In this document: positions 19,360-28,298 of the stretch, piece by piece
Numbering within the stretch: the stretch's first letter is position 1
How the letters are laid out: every line of letters starts with the position of its first letter
From: Promethearchaeota archaeon
Lineage (GTDB): Archaea; Asgardarchaeota; Lokiarchaeia; Sigyniarchaeales; SOKP01
Assembly (NCBI GenBank): GCA_016930515.1
Contig: JAFGGO010000172.1
Coordinates: 1 to 55,934, forward strand
Direction of reading: 5' to 3'
Length of the DNA stretch: 55,934 nucleotides
Position numbers and translations under genes: made by a program
The notes under the pieces: generated by a model
What the model was told of the DNA's origin: nothing
Seen by the model: only the letters and a program-made list of their open reading frames with translations
The model's database searches: none

Positions 19360-20620
19360 ATTTTATTCGCGAAACCACCTTGCTCAGGAAATGGCAATCG
19401 AATACGGGCTCAACCCAGAGCCCTCTATCTCGTCGGCCGAGATGGCGTTCGGGAATGCTTTTTTCAGGATATTATATGCAGCATTCACGTCTGCGTTGAT
19501 GATTAGCCCGCTGCTCGTCCGAAACAGGCCGCGGCTGACGCGATTGCCTTGATAGCTGTCGTGTCTCTCGATCGACTCCCCGTCCAGGAAACTGCATTTG
19601 GAGGTGAACGATTCGTCTATCAAGACGAGCTCGATCCCGATGGATGCGGCCTTGTAAGCAAGCTGCTTTACGAACTTGAAAAAGGGGACTTGGACGAAGT
19701 TCTGGTTGTTTTTCCTCCCAATGTTGATGGCATGCTTCCACGAGGGATTGTATCCCACGACTATCGTTCCGAAATCGTACTTAACGCAATAATTAACGAC
19801 GAGTCTCGAGATCTTGTGAAAAAAATCGTGTATTTTTTCGTTTCTCCTTCTTGCAAGCGCTTGTAATCGCCTCGTCTCGAATTTCAAGCCCTGCTTGTCC
19901 TTGAGGCTCGAATATTTCGCTCGTCGCTTATTGTAAAACTGGTTGATCGACTTGATTGCACCGCCCTTTACAACAGCGGGCTTGAGTCCAGCATTATTTG
20001 CCATGGTCACGACATTGTTCAAGCCTAAGTCGACCCCCACGATTCGTTCCTTGCTCATTTTCAGGTCGATCGCTTCCCGCTCGTGAACGATTTCCAGGAC
20101 ATAGTACGCGCCCTTGGGGACGATTCTTACCTTTCGCAACCCCTCCTTGATGCGCGTTTTCACGGGTGGCAATCCCGAGCGCTTGGGAAATCGCAGGAAA
20201 CCGTGCTTGATGCGGCATTGCTGGTTGGTAAAGAAGACCACGAATTCACCGTTTTTTTCCTTGTATTTGGGCGGTCGAGGTCGTCCACCAAACCGTTCTG
20301 GTCGTGCTTTCCATTCCTTGAGCGCTCGAAAGAACGATTTCCAGTTCTTATCCACGATCCTGAGCACCTGCTGCGAAGTTTGCGAGGGAAGCGCTTTATA
20401 AGCGTCGGAATTCTTAAGGGCGCGCCAAAGGTCCTCGTACCGCCACCACTCGTTGAGAGAAAAGAACCCTTGCCTCACGTAATAGTTAACTAGATTGTAA
20501 AGGTTCTTAGCGGCGTGGCACGCTCTAGATAATTGTCTCGTTTTTCTCAAACGGATTAATTCGGTAAATTTCATCTAATTAAAAAATTAAATGCTAACAT
20601 TTAAAAATAAAGGGTGTGTG
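19360..20620 (-). mobile_element. IS1341-like element (tnpB only); ends approximate
   Basis: GC-rich island with no tnpA; 3' hairpins GGGCTC-N6-GAGCCC (19406-19423) and ATCTCG-N5-CGAGAT (19427-19443). Confidence 0.6.
19384..20574 (-). CDS. tnpB: IS200/IS605-family TnpB RNA-guided endonuclease (solo, IS1341-like)
   Basis: NLYN, LPSQTSQQVL, VGVDLGLNN, IVVGYNPSWK, DESFTSKCS, INADVNAAYNI; visibly higher GC than flanks. Confidence 0.93.
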   Translation of the reverse strand: MKFTELIRLRKTRQLSRACHAAKNLYNLVNYYVRQGFFSLNEWWRYEDLWRALKNSDAYKALPSQTSQQVLRIVDKNWKSFFRALKEWKARPERFGGRPRPPKYKEKNGEFVVFFTNQQCRIKHGFLRFPKRSGLPPVKTRIKEGLRKVRIVPKGAYYVLEIVHEREAIDLKMSKERIVGVDLGLNNVVTMANNAGLKPAVVKGGAIKSINQFYNKRRAKYSSLKDKQGLKFETRRLQALARRRNEKIHDFFHKISRLVVNYCVKYDFGTIVVGYNPSWKHAINIGRKNNQNFVQVPFFKFVKQLAYKAASIGIELVLIDESFTSKCSFLDGESIERHDSYQGNRVSRGLFRTSSGLIINADVNAAYNILKKAFPNAISADEIEGSGLSPYSIAIS

Positions 20621-21088
20621 TGAATTTACAAAATGATTAGAAAATCATAAAGGGAATTTAAAAATTATCTTTGACTATAAACAATAATTACTTTTATAAT
20701 ATAATTAAATAATCTATTGTAAATTATCGTTAAACTCTATATAAGAGAAGAGATAAAAAGTGCAATATAATATAATAATGAATTAATAAAAAAATTGATT
20801 TATATTTAAAATAATTTTCCCTCCTCTATATCGTAAATAATCGAAGCATTTGATTAAAAACCACATTTTTATTTGATTTTATCAATTAAATAATTTGTCT
20901 CGTTATTTAAATGCCTCAATTAATTCTTCATAAACACATAGACCTCCACAATCTTCTGGTGGCGCTCTCCTTTTGTTTGCGTACCGCTTGCTTGAAAAGT
21001 GTTTTATTTAAAATGTAACTTTTAAATGACATGACTTCTTAAATGATCAAATAGAAAAACTTCAACACATCAACAATCATTTTAGATA

Positions 21089-21805
21089 ATGACTCCTTCG
21101 AAGAACAGAGAAGAAAATGTACTCAAGGGACAGATTCCCGAAATCGAAAAACCAAAAATACTTGTTTTTCAGTTTAACGATCATCTTGGTGATTTTGAGG
21201 AGCTTGAAATTGATGAAGATTTACCCTTACACGAGCTGTTGGATCCAGAATTCATCGTTTTATTTGTTGATCCAGAACATTATCGCGTCTGGGTATGGCA
21301 TGGAAGTAATACAACTACAAGAATGAAATTTATCGCCGCAAAACTTGCCCCTACAATTAGAGATAAATACGGTATAGCGTTCAAGATAACAGCTGTCGAC
21401 GATGGAGGAGAATCCAAACCGTTTAAGGTAATGGTTGGCTTGGAAGATGAAGCAGAAGAAGAAAAGGAGCAAACTGGTCCCGCGTATGCTGGAACGAATG
21501 AAGACCTAGAGCTCATAAAATCGCTATCTCGTGAAAAAATATTACTCTTACTTGAAAAGACAGAAATTCCTGAAGGATTTATCAGGAAGATGGTGCTCGT
21601 GAAGAACACTTTGTACGGATACAAGGAATTTGAACGCAATTATTTAGGGTCAGTAATTAAAGAAAAGCAATTATTTCCCCTTAAAGAAGACGTACCTGAT
21701 GGAACTTACCTAGCTGAGAACTATATCCCAAGAATGCTATTTTCGTTTAACAATGTAGTATTAACGGAATTCTTACAAAAAATTCCCGCAGGAGAATCAA
21801 AATAA
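21089..21805 (+). CDS. Asgard gelsolin-domain protein with acidic linker and C-terminal extra domain (1DGelX-like)
   Basis: LLDPEFIVLFVDPEHYRVWVWHGSNTTTRMKFIAAKLA...ITAVDDGGESKPF gelsolin pattern. Confidence 0.78.
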   Translation: MTPSKNREENVLKGQIPEIEKPKILVFQFNDHLGDFEELEIDEDLPLHELLDPEFIVLFVDPEHYRVWVWHGSNTTTRMKFIAAKLAPTIRDKYGIAFKITAVDDGGESKPFKVMVGLEDEAEEEKEQTGPAYAGTNEDLELIKSLSREKILLLLEKTEIPEGFIRKMVLVKNTLYGYKEFERNYLGSVIKEKQLFPLKEDVPDGTYLAENYIPRMLFSFNNVVLTEFLQKIPAGESK

Positions 21806-21815
21806 TTTATTGTAG

Positions 21816-21992
21816 ATGAAAATAGTGAGCCATGTGAGAAGAAAACCACCGCAAGAACCGGGAAGATTAGTTAGAAAAAAATATAAATTTAAATTATCTA
21901 AATTGGCGAGAAACGCGCTCACTATTATTATCATTTTAATCTTCGTGTTAAGTGGAATGGGTGTTGCGGCTTTAATGGGTGCTTTTTCTTAA
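21816..21992 (+). CDS. Small tail-anchored membrane protein (58 aa, or 52 aa from GTG 21834); not in the ORF track
   Basis: MKIVSHVRRKPPQEPGRLVRKKYKFKLSKLARNALTIIIILIFVLSGMGVAALMGAFS: basic N-terminus plus one C-terminal TM. Confidence 0.65.
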   Translation: MKIVSHVRRKPPQEPGRLVRKKYKFKLSKLARNALTIIIILIFVLSGMGVAALMGAFS

Positions 21993-22108
21993 CCAAAAAA
22001 CCTTATAGTATGCTTTATTTAATTATATACAAATACTTAATCTATATTCGAAAACTTATTAATTGATTTAATTTTAAGAAGCGCAAACTGTTAAAATAAA
22101 TTTTTAAA

Positions 22109-22828
22109 ATGGAAATGAAACTTAAAAGAATTGATTATATTTTCATAGTTATTTTATTGATTTTAACTGTTATAACCGTTGACTTCGCCTTATTTGAAGG
22201 ACATAGGGCTCTCATCACGAATATATGGGATATAGATGGCTATAAATCCGAAGATATAGCGGTAAAACTCGGAATCGTTTTTTTCGTGTGCTTGGTAGGA
22301 AACCTGCTACCTGTACCAACCCCTTATACTTGGTCGGTTTGTCTCGGAATTGCTTACATCGTCGTAAGCCCATTCCACCCTCTATTATTCGGGTTCGTGG
22401 CCTCTTTAGGGTGTCTTGGAGGGGAATTAGTTGGGTATTTCTTGGGGAGGGGCGCGTCAGAGATCATATCGGACGAGAGAAAAGAGAACTTAAAAAACTT
22501 CCAAAAATATATGGTGGATCATCCAAGCTTAGCTCCAATTCTCATATTCCTTTTCGGAGCAACTCCGCTTAACGACGATTTTCTCACGATCCCTTTAGGG
22601 TTGTTAAAATATGATCTGAAAAAAACAATTTTGTTCTGCTGGTTGGGCAAGCTTGTCTTGATGCTCATATTTGCGTACAATGTGTTAAATTTATGTGATT
22701 TAATAGGTGGCGAAAATTGGGTGCTGAGCCTTGCGAGCTTATATTTGATTGTTATAATGGTATATGTAATGCTAAGAGTAAATCTAAGCGAAGTGTTAGG
22801 TAAAATACTTAAAAAAAAAAATCTTTGA
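22109..22828 (+). CDS. DedA/VTT (SNARE-associated Golgi) family membrane protein
   Basis: NLLPVPTPY, GGELVGYFLGRG, FLFGATPLNDD, PLGLLKY, GKL. Confidence 0.85.
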   Translation: MEMKLKRIDYIFIVILLILTVITVDFALFEGHRALITNIWDIDGYKSEDIAVKLGIVFFVCLVGNLLPVPTPYTWSVCLGIAYIVVSPFHPLLFGFVASLGCLGGELVGYFLGRGASEIISDERKENLKNFQKYMVDHPSLAPILIFLFGATPLNDDFLTIPLGLLKYDLKKTILFCWLGKLVLMLIFAYNVLNLCDLIGGENWVLSLASLYLIVIMVYVMLRVNLSEVLGKILKKKNL

Positions 22829-22874
22829 AAAAATAATAAAATAGGGATTATTGTTTAGTTTTTAACGAAATTTC

Positions 22875-23927
22875 TTATAGGTAATAATTGTCTTGGATAG
22901 TATTTCCAGCACCTTCGTTGAGAACATTAGCTTGATTATAGTACATTACATTGCCTGTTATGAAATTGTAATTACTGATAGATCCCAGTCTCAACCCATA
23001 ACTCGTTCCAGAATATGGATTAACACTTGCGATTAGATTACCGATAATAGAATTTCTGTTTCCTGATGCGCAATTAATACCATAAATATCACCATTACCT
23101 CTATTATATTTTATATTATTACCGGTAATCAAGTTCTCGTCTGCAACATTTGAAATATATATTCCCGAACTCGAAAAATATTGTATTACATTGTCAGCAA
23201 TTGAATTATAATCAGCAGTGCTGATCCACATTCCGATTGTACAATAGCTTATCAAGTTATTTTCTACGATAGAATGAGAGGAAGAAAGACTTATTGCCAG
23301 GTAACCATTATCGTAAAATCTATTTCCGACTATTTTACAATAAGAGTTATAAGCAGTTGAGATCCCGTTATTGCATCCTGAAAAAACGCAATCTCTTATG
23401 CAGGTATTATCAGAAGTAATTGAAATTCCATTAATTGGAGTACCACCACCCATGAAATACATGTTTTCAATAAGAGCGCTCACAAGCATGAAGGAATCTT
23501 CAATAGTAATCATGGAAAGATAAGTGGTATTTATTGCTGAACCATCAATTGTTAAGTCTCTAAACGTGCAAGAACGAGCACTAGAAACGACAAATCCACT
23601 AAAATTATGTCCAAGAATGATGGATACTCTTCCTGCCCCTTCTATGACATATTCCCCTCCCCCGTCTATTTCGATGGTGTCTTTCAATGTGATATTGTTA
23701 ATAATGATGATCAATCCTGATCTATTATTTATTTCATCAATAGCACTTCTAAGATTGTCATCTGAATCGCAGTAATATATATTATCGTGATTTCCGTCGT
23801 TCAAAGGTGACGAAGACGACGGCAACGACGATATTCTCGATCCGAGCGTCATGACGGTAAAACCTATAACCGCTAAAATTGCAACTAAAGATAAAATTAT
23901 TGCAACCGTACTTAATTTATTCTTCAC
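22875..23927 (-). CDS. Membrane-anchored right-handed beta-helix (NosD/pectin-lyase-like) protein
   Basis: N-terminal TM; repeated GIxI...NxIxGN asparagine-ladder repeats. Confidence 0.82.
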   Translation of the reverse strand: MKNKLSTVAIILSLVAILAVIGFTVMTLGSRISSLPSSSSPLNDGNHDNIYYCDSDDNLRSAIDEINNRSGLIIIINNITLKDTIEIDGGGEYVIEGAGRVSIILGHNFSGFVVSSARSCTFRDLTIDGSAINTTYLSMITIEDSFMLVSALIENMYFMGGGTPINGISITSDNTCIRDCVFSGCNNGISTAYNSYCKIVGNRFYDNGYLAISLSSSHSIVENNLISYCTIGMWISTADYNSIADNVIQYFSSSGIYISNVADENLITGNNIKYNRGNGDIYGINCASGNRNSIIGNLIASVNPYSGTSYGLRLGSISNYNFITGNVMYYNQANVLNEGAGNTIQDNYYL

Positions 23928-24201
23928 TTTTTATATCCTCTCGTTTATTTTTTTTATAAAATAATTGAATTGGATTATAACAATAAAACCTTTAATCTAA
24001 AATATAAAAGCATCTGGTGCAATATTGAGATACATACTTTTTCGTTCGAGCTCTTTAAGAAAAATTGAGTCCACAATTCATAAATATAGAACTTAATCTG
24101 ACAATTTCTCTAATAAAATATCAAATTTTTCATAAAATATTCTACAAGGTCAAATTTTCCCCTATTTGTAATTACTGCTATTATTTAAGCTTGGAACGGT
24201 G

Positions 24202-24888
24202 TCAAGTAAGGATGACGTCTTCTAACCGTTCGAGCTCGAATTCTTCGATGAAATACAAGGTCTTACTTCCTAACTCTTTTTTGACAACCAATCCAATTTC
24301 CTCAAGGGCACTAATGTATTTATTTATCGTGTTGGAATGCATTCCAAGCTCTTTGGACATTTGAGTTTTTGTGGAGCCGAGGTCATTATCAAGCAAAAAT
24401 TCAATGATCTCCTTGCTTTTTTTCTTCAAGGTCAAAAACCTCGCCTTTGCGATTTCGAAGTCAACGCGAGCGTCAAAATAGACTTCGTGGTTGTTGATTG
24501 TCTTGCGCTTGACAAACTTGAATTCCATAAGCGTGCGAAGGTGCCAGATGGCCACGTGATTCGAAACGCCGAGATCGTCAACAATCTTATTCAAGTACGC
24601 GCCAGGATTTCCCACAATATAATCATAGATGAGCTTTCTCTTTGGATTCTCTAGGATCTCGTAATGGGTTAATTTTGATCCCTCTACTATCAAGTTTTTT
24701 TGCAGGAGCGATTTGAGATTTATTTTGATACCATCCTTATTAATGTTTACAGAGGCTAACTTGAAGCGAGAAGTGATGAAGGGGACGAGCTTGCCGATGT
24801 TTAAGTGACGATTCTTGTTCAAGTATTCCTGAACGGCTTGAAGAACTATTCTTTCGTTCGAGGACAGTTGGACGACCGTTTTAATCAC
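24202..24888 (-). CDS. Multi-winged-helix transcriptional regulator
   Basis: RKLIYDYIVGNPG...WHLRTL and TKTQMSKELGMHSNTINKYISALEEIGLV. Confidence 0.82.
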   Translation of the reverse strand: MIKTVVQLSSNERIVLQAVQEYLNKNRHLNIGKLVPFITSRFKLASVNINKDGIKINLKSLLQKNLIVEGSKLTHYEILENPKRKLIYDYIVGNPGAYLNKIVDDLGVSNHVAIWHLRTLMEFKFVKRKTINNHEVYFDARVDFEIAKARFLTLKKKSKEIIEFLLDNDLGSTKTQMSKELGMHSNTINKYISALEEIGLVVKKELGSKTLYFIEEFELERLEDVILT

Positions 24889-26410
24889 CCCTCCTTGAGT
24901 TGTTTTTTATATTACTTCCTCCCTTATTGGACGATTTCGAGAAGGCGAGCATCTCGTCGAGGATGGATTGCCTTGTTTCGGGTGAATACGAGCGCATTTC
25001 TTTTAAGAAAAGTTCCATTTCACCATTATCCCATCCCAATGACTTAACTTTATCGAGAAAGTTAGCAGACAGAGCGGTTAAATTAAGATCGCCCAGTCGT
25101 GAAGCAGCTTCCAATCCGTCTTCCTTTTCGAGCGCCTTGTCAAGTTTTTCTCGATCTCGCGTTTTTGAAGATCGAGATTTCGGTGCTTTTTTCTTCTTTT
25201 TTCCCCTTCTCGAAAGGAAAAACAATGAAGATCCAACTGCAACGCTCGCCACGCTTGCAACCCCTATAACAAAAATTATATCAAATAATGGTGGTGCGGG
25301 AGTTCCCACGAGTGGGAAGCGATCGACGCTCCCCGCAGTTCCAGATATGTTGTAAGGGGTGTCTCCTATTCCGTCCTTGTTAGCATCAATTCCATCATAA
25401 TCGTGCCAATAATTTCCAACAGCTCCGTTGTCCCATTGATTGTTTGAGCAGTTATCAACGGCGTTAACGCCCTCAGAATTGTTAAAACGATTGTAATAAA
25501 AAAGGTTATTAGTACATTCTATACCCTCATTGAGAATTGCTACCCCATAATCTGTATTGTTGTAAATATTGTTATGGGTAAATATATTGTATGAACAACT
25601 ATTATTGAGAGTAATACCGTGTCGATTGTTGTGTATATTGTTATTAACAATGTTATTGTAGATACATTCGGAATCGGACCAAATTGCCTCCTCGTAATTA
25701 TGTATTTCATTATTATAAATCGTGTTATTAGTACAGTTGTTATATAGGGAATTTCCAATATCTCCTCCATATAAAATGTTGTTTTCGATATAATTATAGG
25801 TACAGTTTAAATTTAATTCGATACCCGTCCCTTCAGCAGGATTAGAATGTACTACTGTATTTTCACTGATAGTATTATAATGAGAATTTACAAGAATACT
25901 AATACCAGATTTTTCAGTATTGATTTCGTTCCGAACAATTGAGATATTCTTGCTTATTCCTATAATAATTCCATAATCGCAATTAGAAATATTATTTTCA
26001 AGGATCAAGCCGTTATCAGCATCTTGAATAAAAATTGCTGAAGAGGAGCCAGTTTTAAATAAGGTACAATTTTTAATCACGAAAGGAACGGTCGTACTTC
26101 CTATCATGATACAATAATAATCGTCTCCATCGATGCTTAAATTCTCAAGATAATAAACGCCATCAATTTCGGTACACCATGGTTTATCTGCTAAATCTTC
26201 CCAATCTGCATTCTCTGTAATTAAGATCGGTCCGCAACTATTATTGAAATAAGAATTTTTAACTACGGGAATTTGCTTTGTCGTTAAATATTTTTCGGAA
26301 GCAATATCAAAATTGGAGAATAACGGAAAGGAAATCGTGAAGAACGCTAATAGGCAAAACGCAACTAATAAAAATTGTTTTGACTTGAAAATGGATTTTT
26401 TATCGAGCAC
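24881..26410 (-). CDS. NosD-type beta-helix surface protein with signal peptide, C-terminal TM and cytoplasmic tail
   Basis: Asn-rich repeats, NQWDNGAVGNYWHDY...DGIGDTPY...DRFPL, TM followed by RRGKKKKK. Confidence 0.88.
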   Translation of the reverse strand: MLDKKSIFKSKQFLLVAFCLLAFFTISFPLFSNFDIASEKYLTTKQIPVVKNSYFNNSCGPILITENADWEDLADKPWCTEIDGVYYLENLSIDGDDYYCIMIGSTTVPFVIKNCTLFKTGSSSAIFIQDADNGLILENNISNCDYGIIIGISKNISIVRNEINTEKSGISILVNSHYNTISENTVVHSNPAEGTGIELNLNCTYNYIENNILYGGDIGNSLYNNCTNNTIYNNEIHNYEEAIWSDSECIYNNIVNNNIHNNRHGITLNNSCSYNIFTHNNIYNNTDYGVAILNEGIECTNNLFYYNRFNNSEGVNAVDNCSNNQWDNGAVGNYWHDYDGIDANKDGIGDTPYNISGTAGSVDRFPLVGTPAPPLFDIIFVIGVASVASVAVGSSLFFLSRRGKKKKKAPKSRSSKTRDREKLDKALEKEDGLEAASRLGDLNLTALSANFLDKVKSLGWDNGEMELFLKEMRSYSPETRQSILDEMLAFSKSSNKGGSNIKNNSRRGD

Positions 26411-26580
26411 GATTCATCAATGCTTTTTTTAATATCGTCAATAATCTACCAAACTATTCAAGATGCGTAAATAATATAATATTATTTGGAACGAATATGA
26501 AGTTTTTGATATGATAATAAAAAATCAATTTTAAATTTTACATTGAAGGGTTTAAAATTAAAAAAGGATAAAAAATGTAA

Positions 26581-26820
26581 TTAAATACTCGTTACTCGAA
26601 ATAATATTTGTACGAGCAAGCAATTATTCTTAATAATCCCTCCATTTACTCCTAAATACGCATTCTCTTATGCATAATGGACTCCATAACCGATTTCTGA
26701 GTAAATATTTGCTGCATAAAGCATATCTTGAATGATTATTGAAATCGTATACCCGCTCGAAGGTTTTTAAAGTTGATGCAGGAATCCAAGTCCGCTTCCG
26801 TCTATTAAAATATGAAAAAA
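26581..26820 (-). pseudogene. Decayed paralog of the 27108-27611 gene (C-terminal half)
   Basis: FHILIDG...*...ISIIIQDMLYAANIYSEIGYGVHYA*...NNCLLVQ aligns with FEIHIDN...SVALQTYIPASSVSASIGYGAHN...TITLFAQ; two internal TAA. Confidence 0.7.
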
Positions 26821-26824
26821 TAAA

Positions 26825-26995
26825 TTATTGAATAAGATTTTTTTTAATAAAAGTAAAAATCACGACAACATCACCAAGGAGGCTTCCTAACGAGAGTATA
26901 TCGTAGCCAGGGATATTTGTATCGTTTGAACCATTTTCATCTATTTTATAAGGAAAATTACCTATAATAATGTTGGTTCCAATTATCTGACTTGA
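26825..26995 (-). pseudogene. Gene remnant ending in a Loki-CTERM-like sorting signal
   Basis: ...NGSNDTNIPGYDILSLGSLLGDVVVIFTFIKKNLIQ*; no start codon, in-frame TAA upstream. Confidence 0.55.
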
Positions 26996-27107
26996 TTACC
27001 CTGCAAATAACGAGGTCAATAAATGAAGCGTTTCCAATCAATTTTTCGGTTTTAAAAAAAGCGCGTGAGGATGTCAAAAAATTAGAGGAAAAAAAAAATT
27101 AAAAAAA

Positions 27108-27611
27108 TCATGTAAATGTTTGAGCAAATAAGGTAATCGTAGATATGTAATTACTTGCGGTTAAATTATCCAAATTAAGATATACTGTAATGTTATGTGC
27201 TCCATATCCTATTGAGGCTGAAACAGAACTGGCAGGAATGTAAGTTTGAAGAGCTACGGAATGTCGCTCATAACTTGAATCCGCCGTAACCTGCATCTGA
27301 CCGCTTTTTTTAACGTTGTCTATGTGGATCTCAAAATATCCATATACATCAATTCGAGCGTAACAATTAAACATGATATATAAATTCTCTCCTGGATTGA
27401 TGGTAAAATCGATCGCCAAATTTGGAATGTAGCCCCATACAACCGATTGGTTTTGATAGTATGCATTTACCTCATCATACCAGGTTCCCTTGATATTTGT
27501 CTGATCTAGTGTTGGCGTTGTCATTAATGTATATAAGCAAAATCCTCCTAAAGCGGCACCAACTAATCCTATTATTATTCCTATTACTCCTACTGCATTT
27601 GAATTTGACAT
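27108..27611 (-). CDS. Hypothetical membrane-anchored beta-sandwich protein
   Basis: Gly-rich N-terminal TM followed by a beta-rich domain. Confidence 0.75.
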   Translation of the reverse strand: MSNSNAVGVIGIIIGLVGAALGGFCLYTLMTTPTLDQTNIKGTWYDEVNAYYQNQSVVWGYIPNLAIDFTINPGENLYIMFNCYARIDVYGYFEIHIDNVKKSGQMQVTADSSYERHSVALQTYIPASSVSASIGYGAHNITVYLNLDNLTASNYISTITLFAQTFT

Positions 27612-27709
27612 TATATAACTTTAATCCATAATTTTATTAGATAGATCATTGAAAAGTAATGGAATTATTTATATCCTTGTGGAATAGATTAGAAGTTTTT
27701 GAATTGACT

Positions 27710-27922
27710 TCAGATTCTTGAATATTTCTCAACAATGTAATTCTGGAGCGACCAAGCGTACTTCTCGAGATTAGAAATCAAAACTTCTTGTTGCATTTGT
27801 CGAAGGTATGTCGTGTCTAAAGAATTGAACAACTTCTTCAAGCGGTCGATGGCCTCGTAGATCTCGACGATCTTGCTCCAATCGCTTGCCCATTCCAGGT
27901 CCTGTTGCTTGAGTTGCTTCAT
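27710..27922 (-). CDS. Small hypothetical helical protein
   Basis: 70-aa ORF, amphipathic, coding-like composition in AT-rich surroundings. Confidence 0.6.
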   Translation of the reverse strand: MKQLKQQDLEWASDWSKIVEIYEAIDRLKKLFNSLDTTYLRQMQQEVLISNLEKYAWSLQNYIVEKYSRI

Positions 27923-28122
27923 TTTAATTATTAGCTCTATTAAATAGGTGTTTGAAAAAAGATAATTCTCGTGTTAAATTTAGATTTTATGGATATATAA
28001 ATGTATGGGTATTGACGATTAAGTGATTGTGTGAACCTAAACAAAAATAGTTATCTAATCTTATAATCAAATTTAGAATAAGAGCATAAACATTTAAGTC
28101 ATGCATTCTGATATAATATAAC

Positions 28123-28191
28123 ATGAAACGCAAAATAATTCCCAACAGATTCATATCTGGTAAAATTATAATAGGGATTATTATTATTTAA
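28123..28191 (+). CDS. Putative Ile-sensing leader peptide of cimA
   Basis: MKRKIIPNRFISGKIIIGIIII*: 10 of 22 codons are Ile, including 7 of the last 8; ends 107 nt before cimA. Confidence 0.75.
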   Translation: MKRKIIPNRFISGKIIIGIIII

Positions 28192-28198
28192 TTTCATG

Positions 28199-28298
28199 GA
28201 GAAATTTTAAACTCTTTAACCTCTTCTTGCTTTTCTCGTTCTGGGTTTAGGATTTCTGCGATCATAATAAAAATGAAAAATAAAATGAGGTAAGAAGA
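28199..28298 (+). promoter_or_regulatory. Putative attenuator: anti-SD/SD helix with an alternative pairing
   Basis: UCUUCUUGCUUU (28222-28233) pairs over 12 bp (3 G-U) with GAGGUAAGAAGA (28287-28298); competing GAGAAA (28199-28204)/UUUCUC (28232-28237). Confidence 0.55.

Noticed and set aside
19472-20493. Several overlapping ORFs inside tnpB
   Set aside because: Shadow ORFs caused by high GC; no motifs.
20930-21000. GC-richer patch between tnpB and the gelsolin gene as a tnpA remnant or ncRNA
   Set aside because: Translations show no HUH/Y1 motif, and I found no convincing stem; left unexplained.
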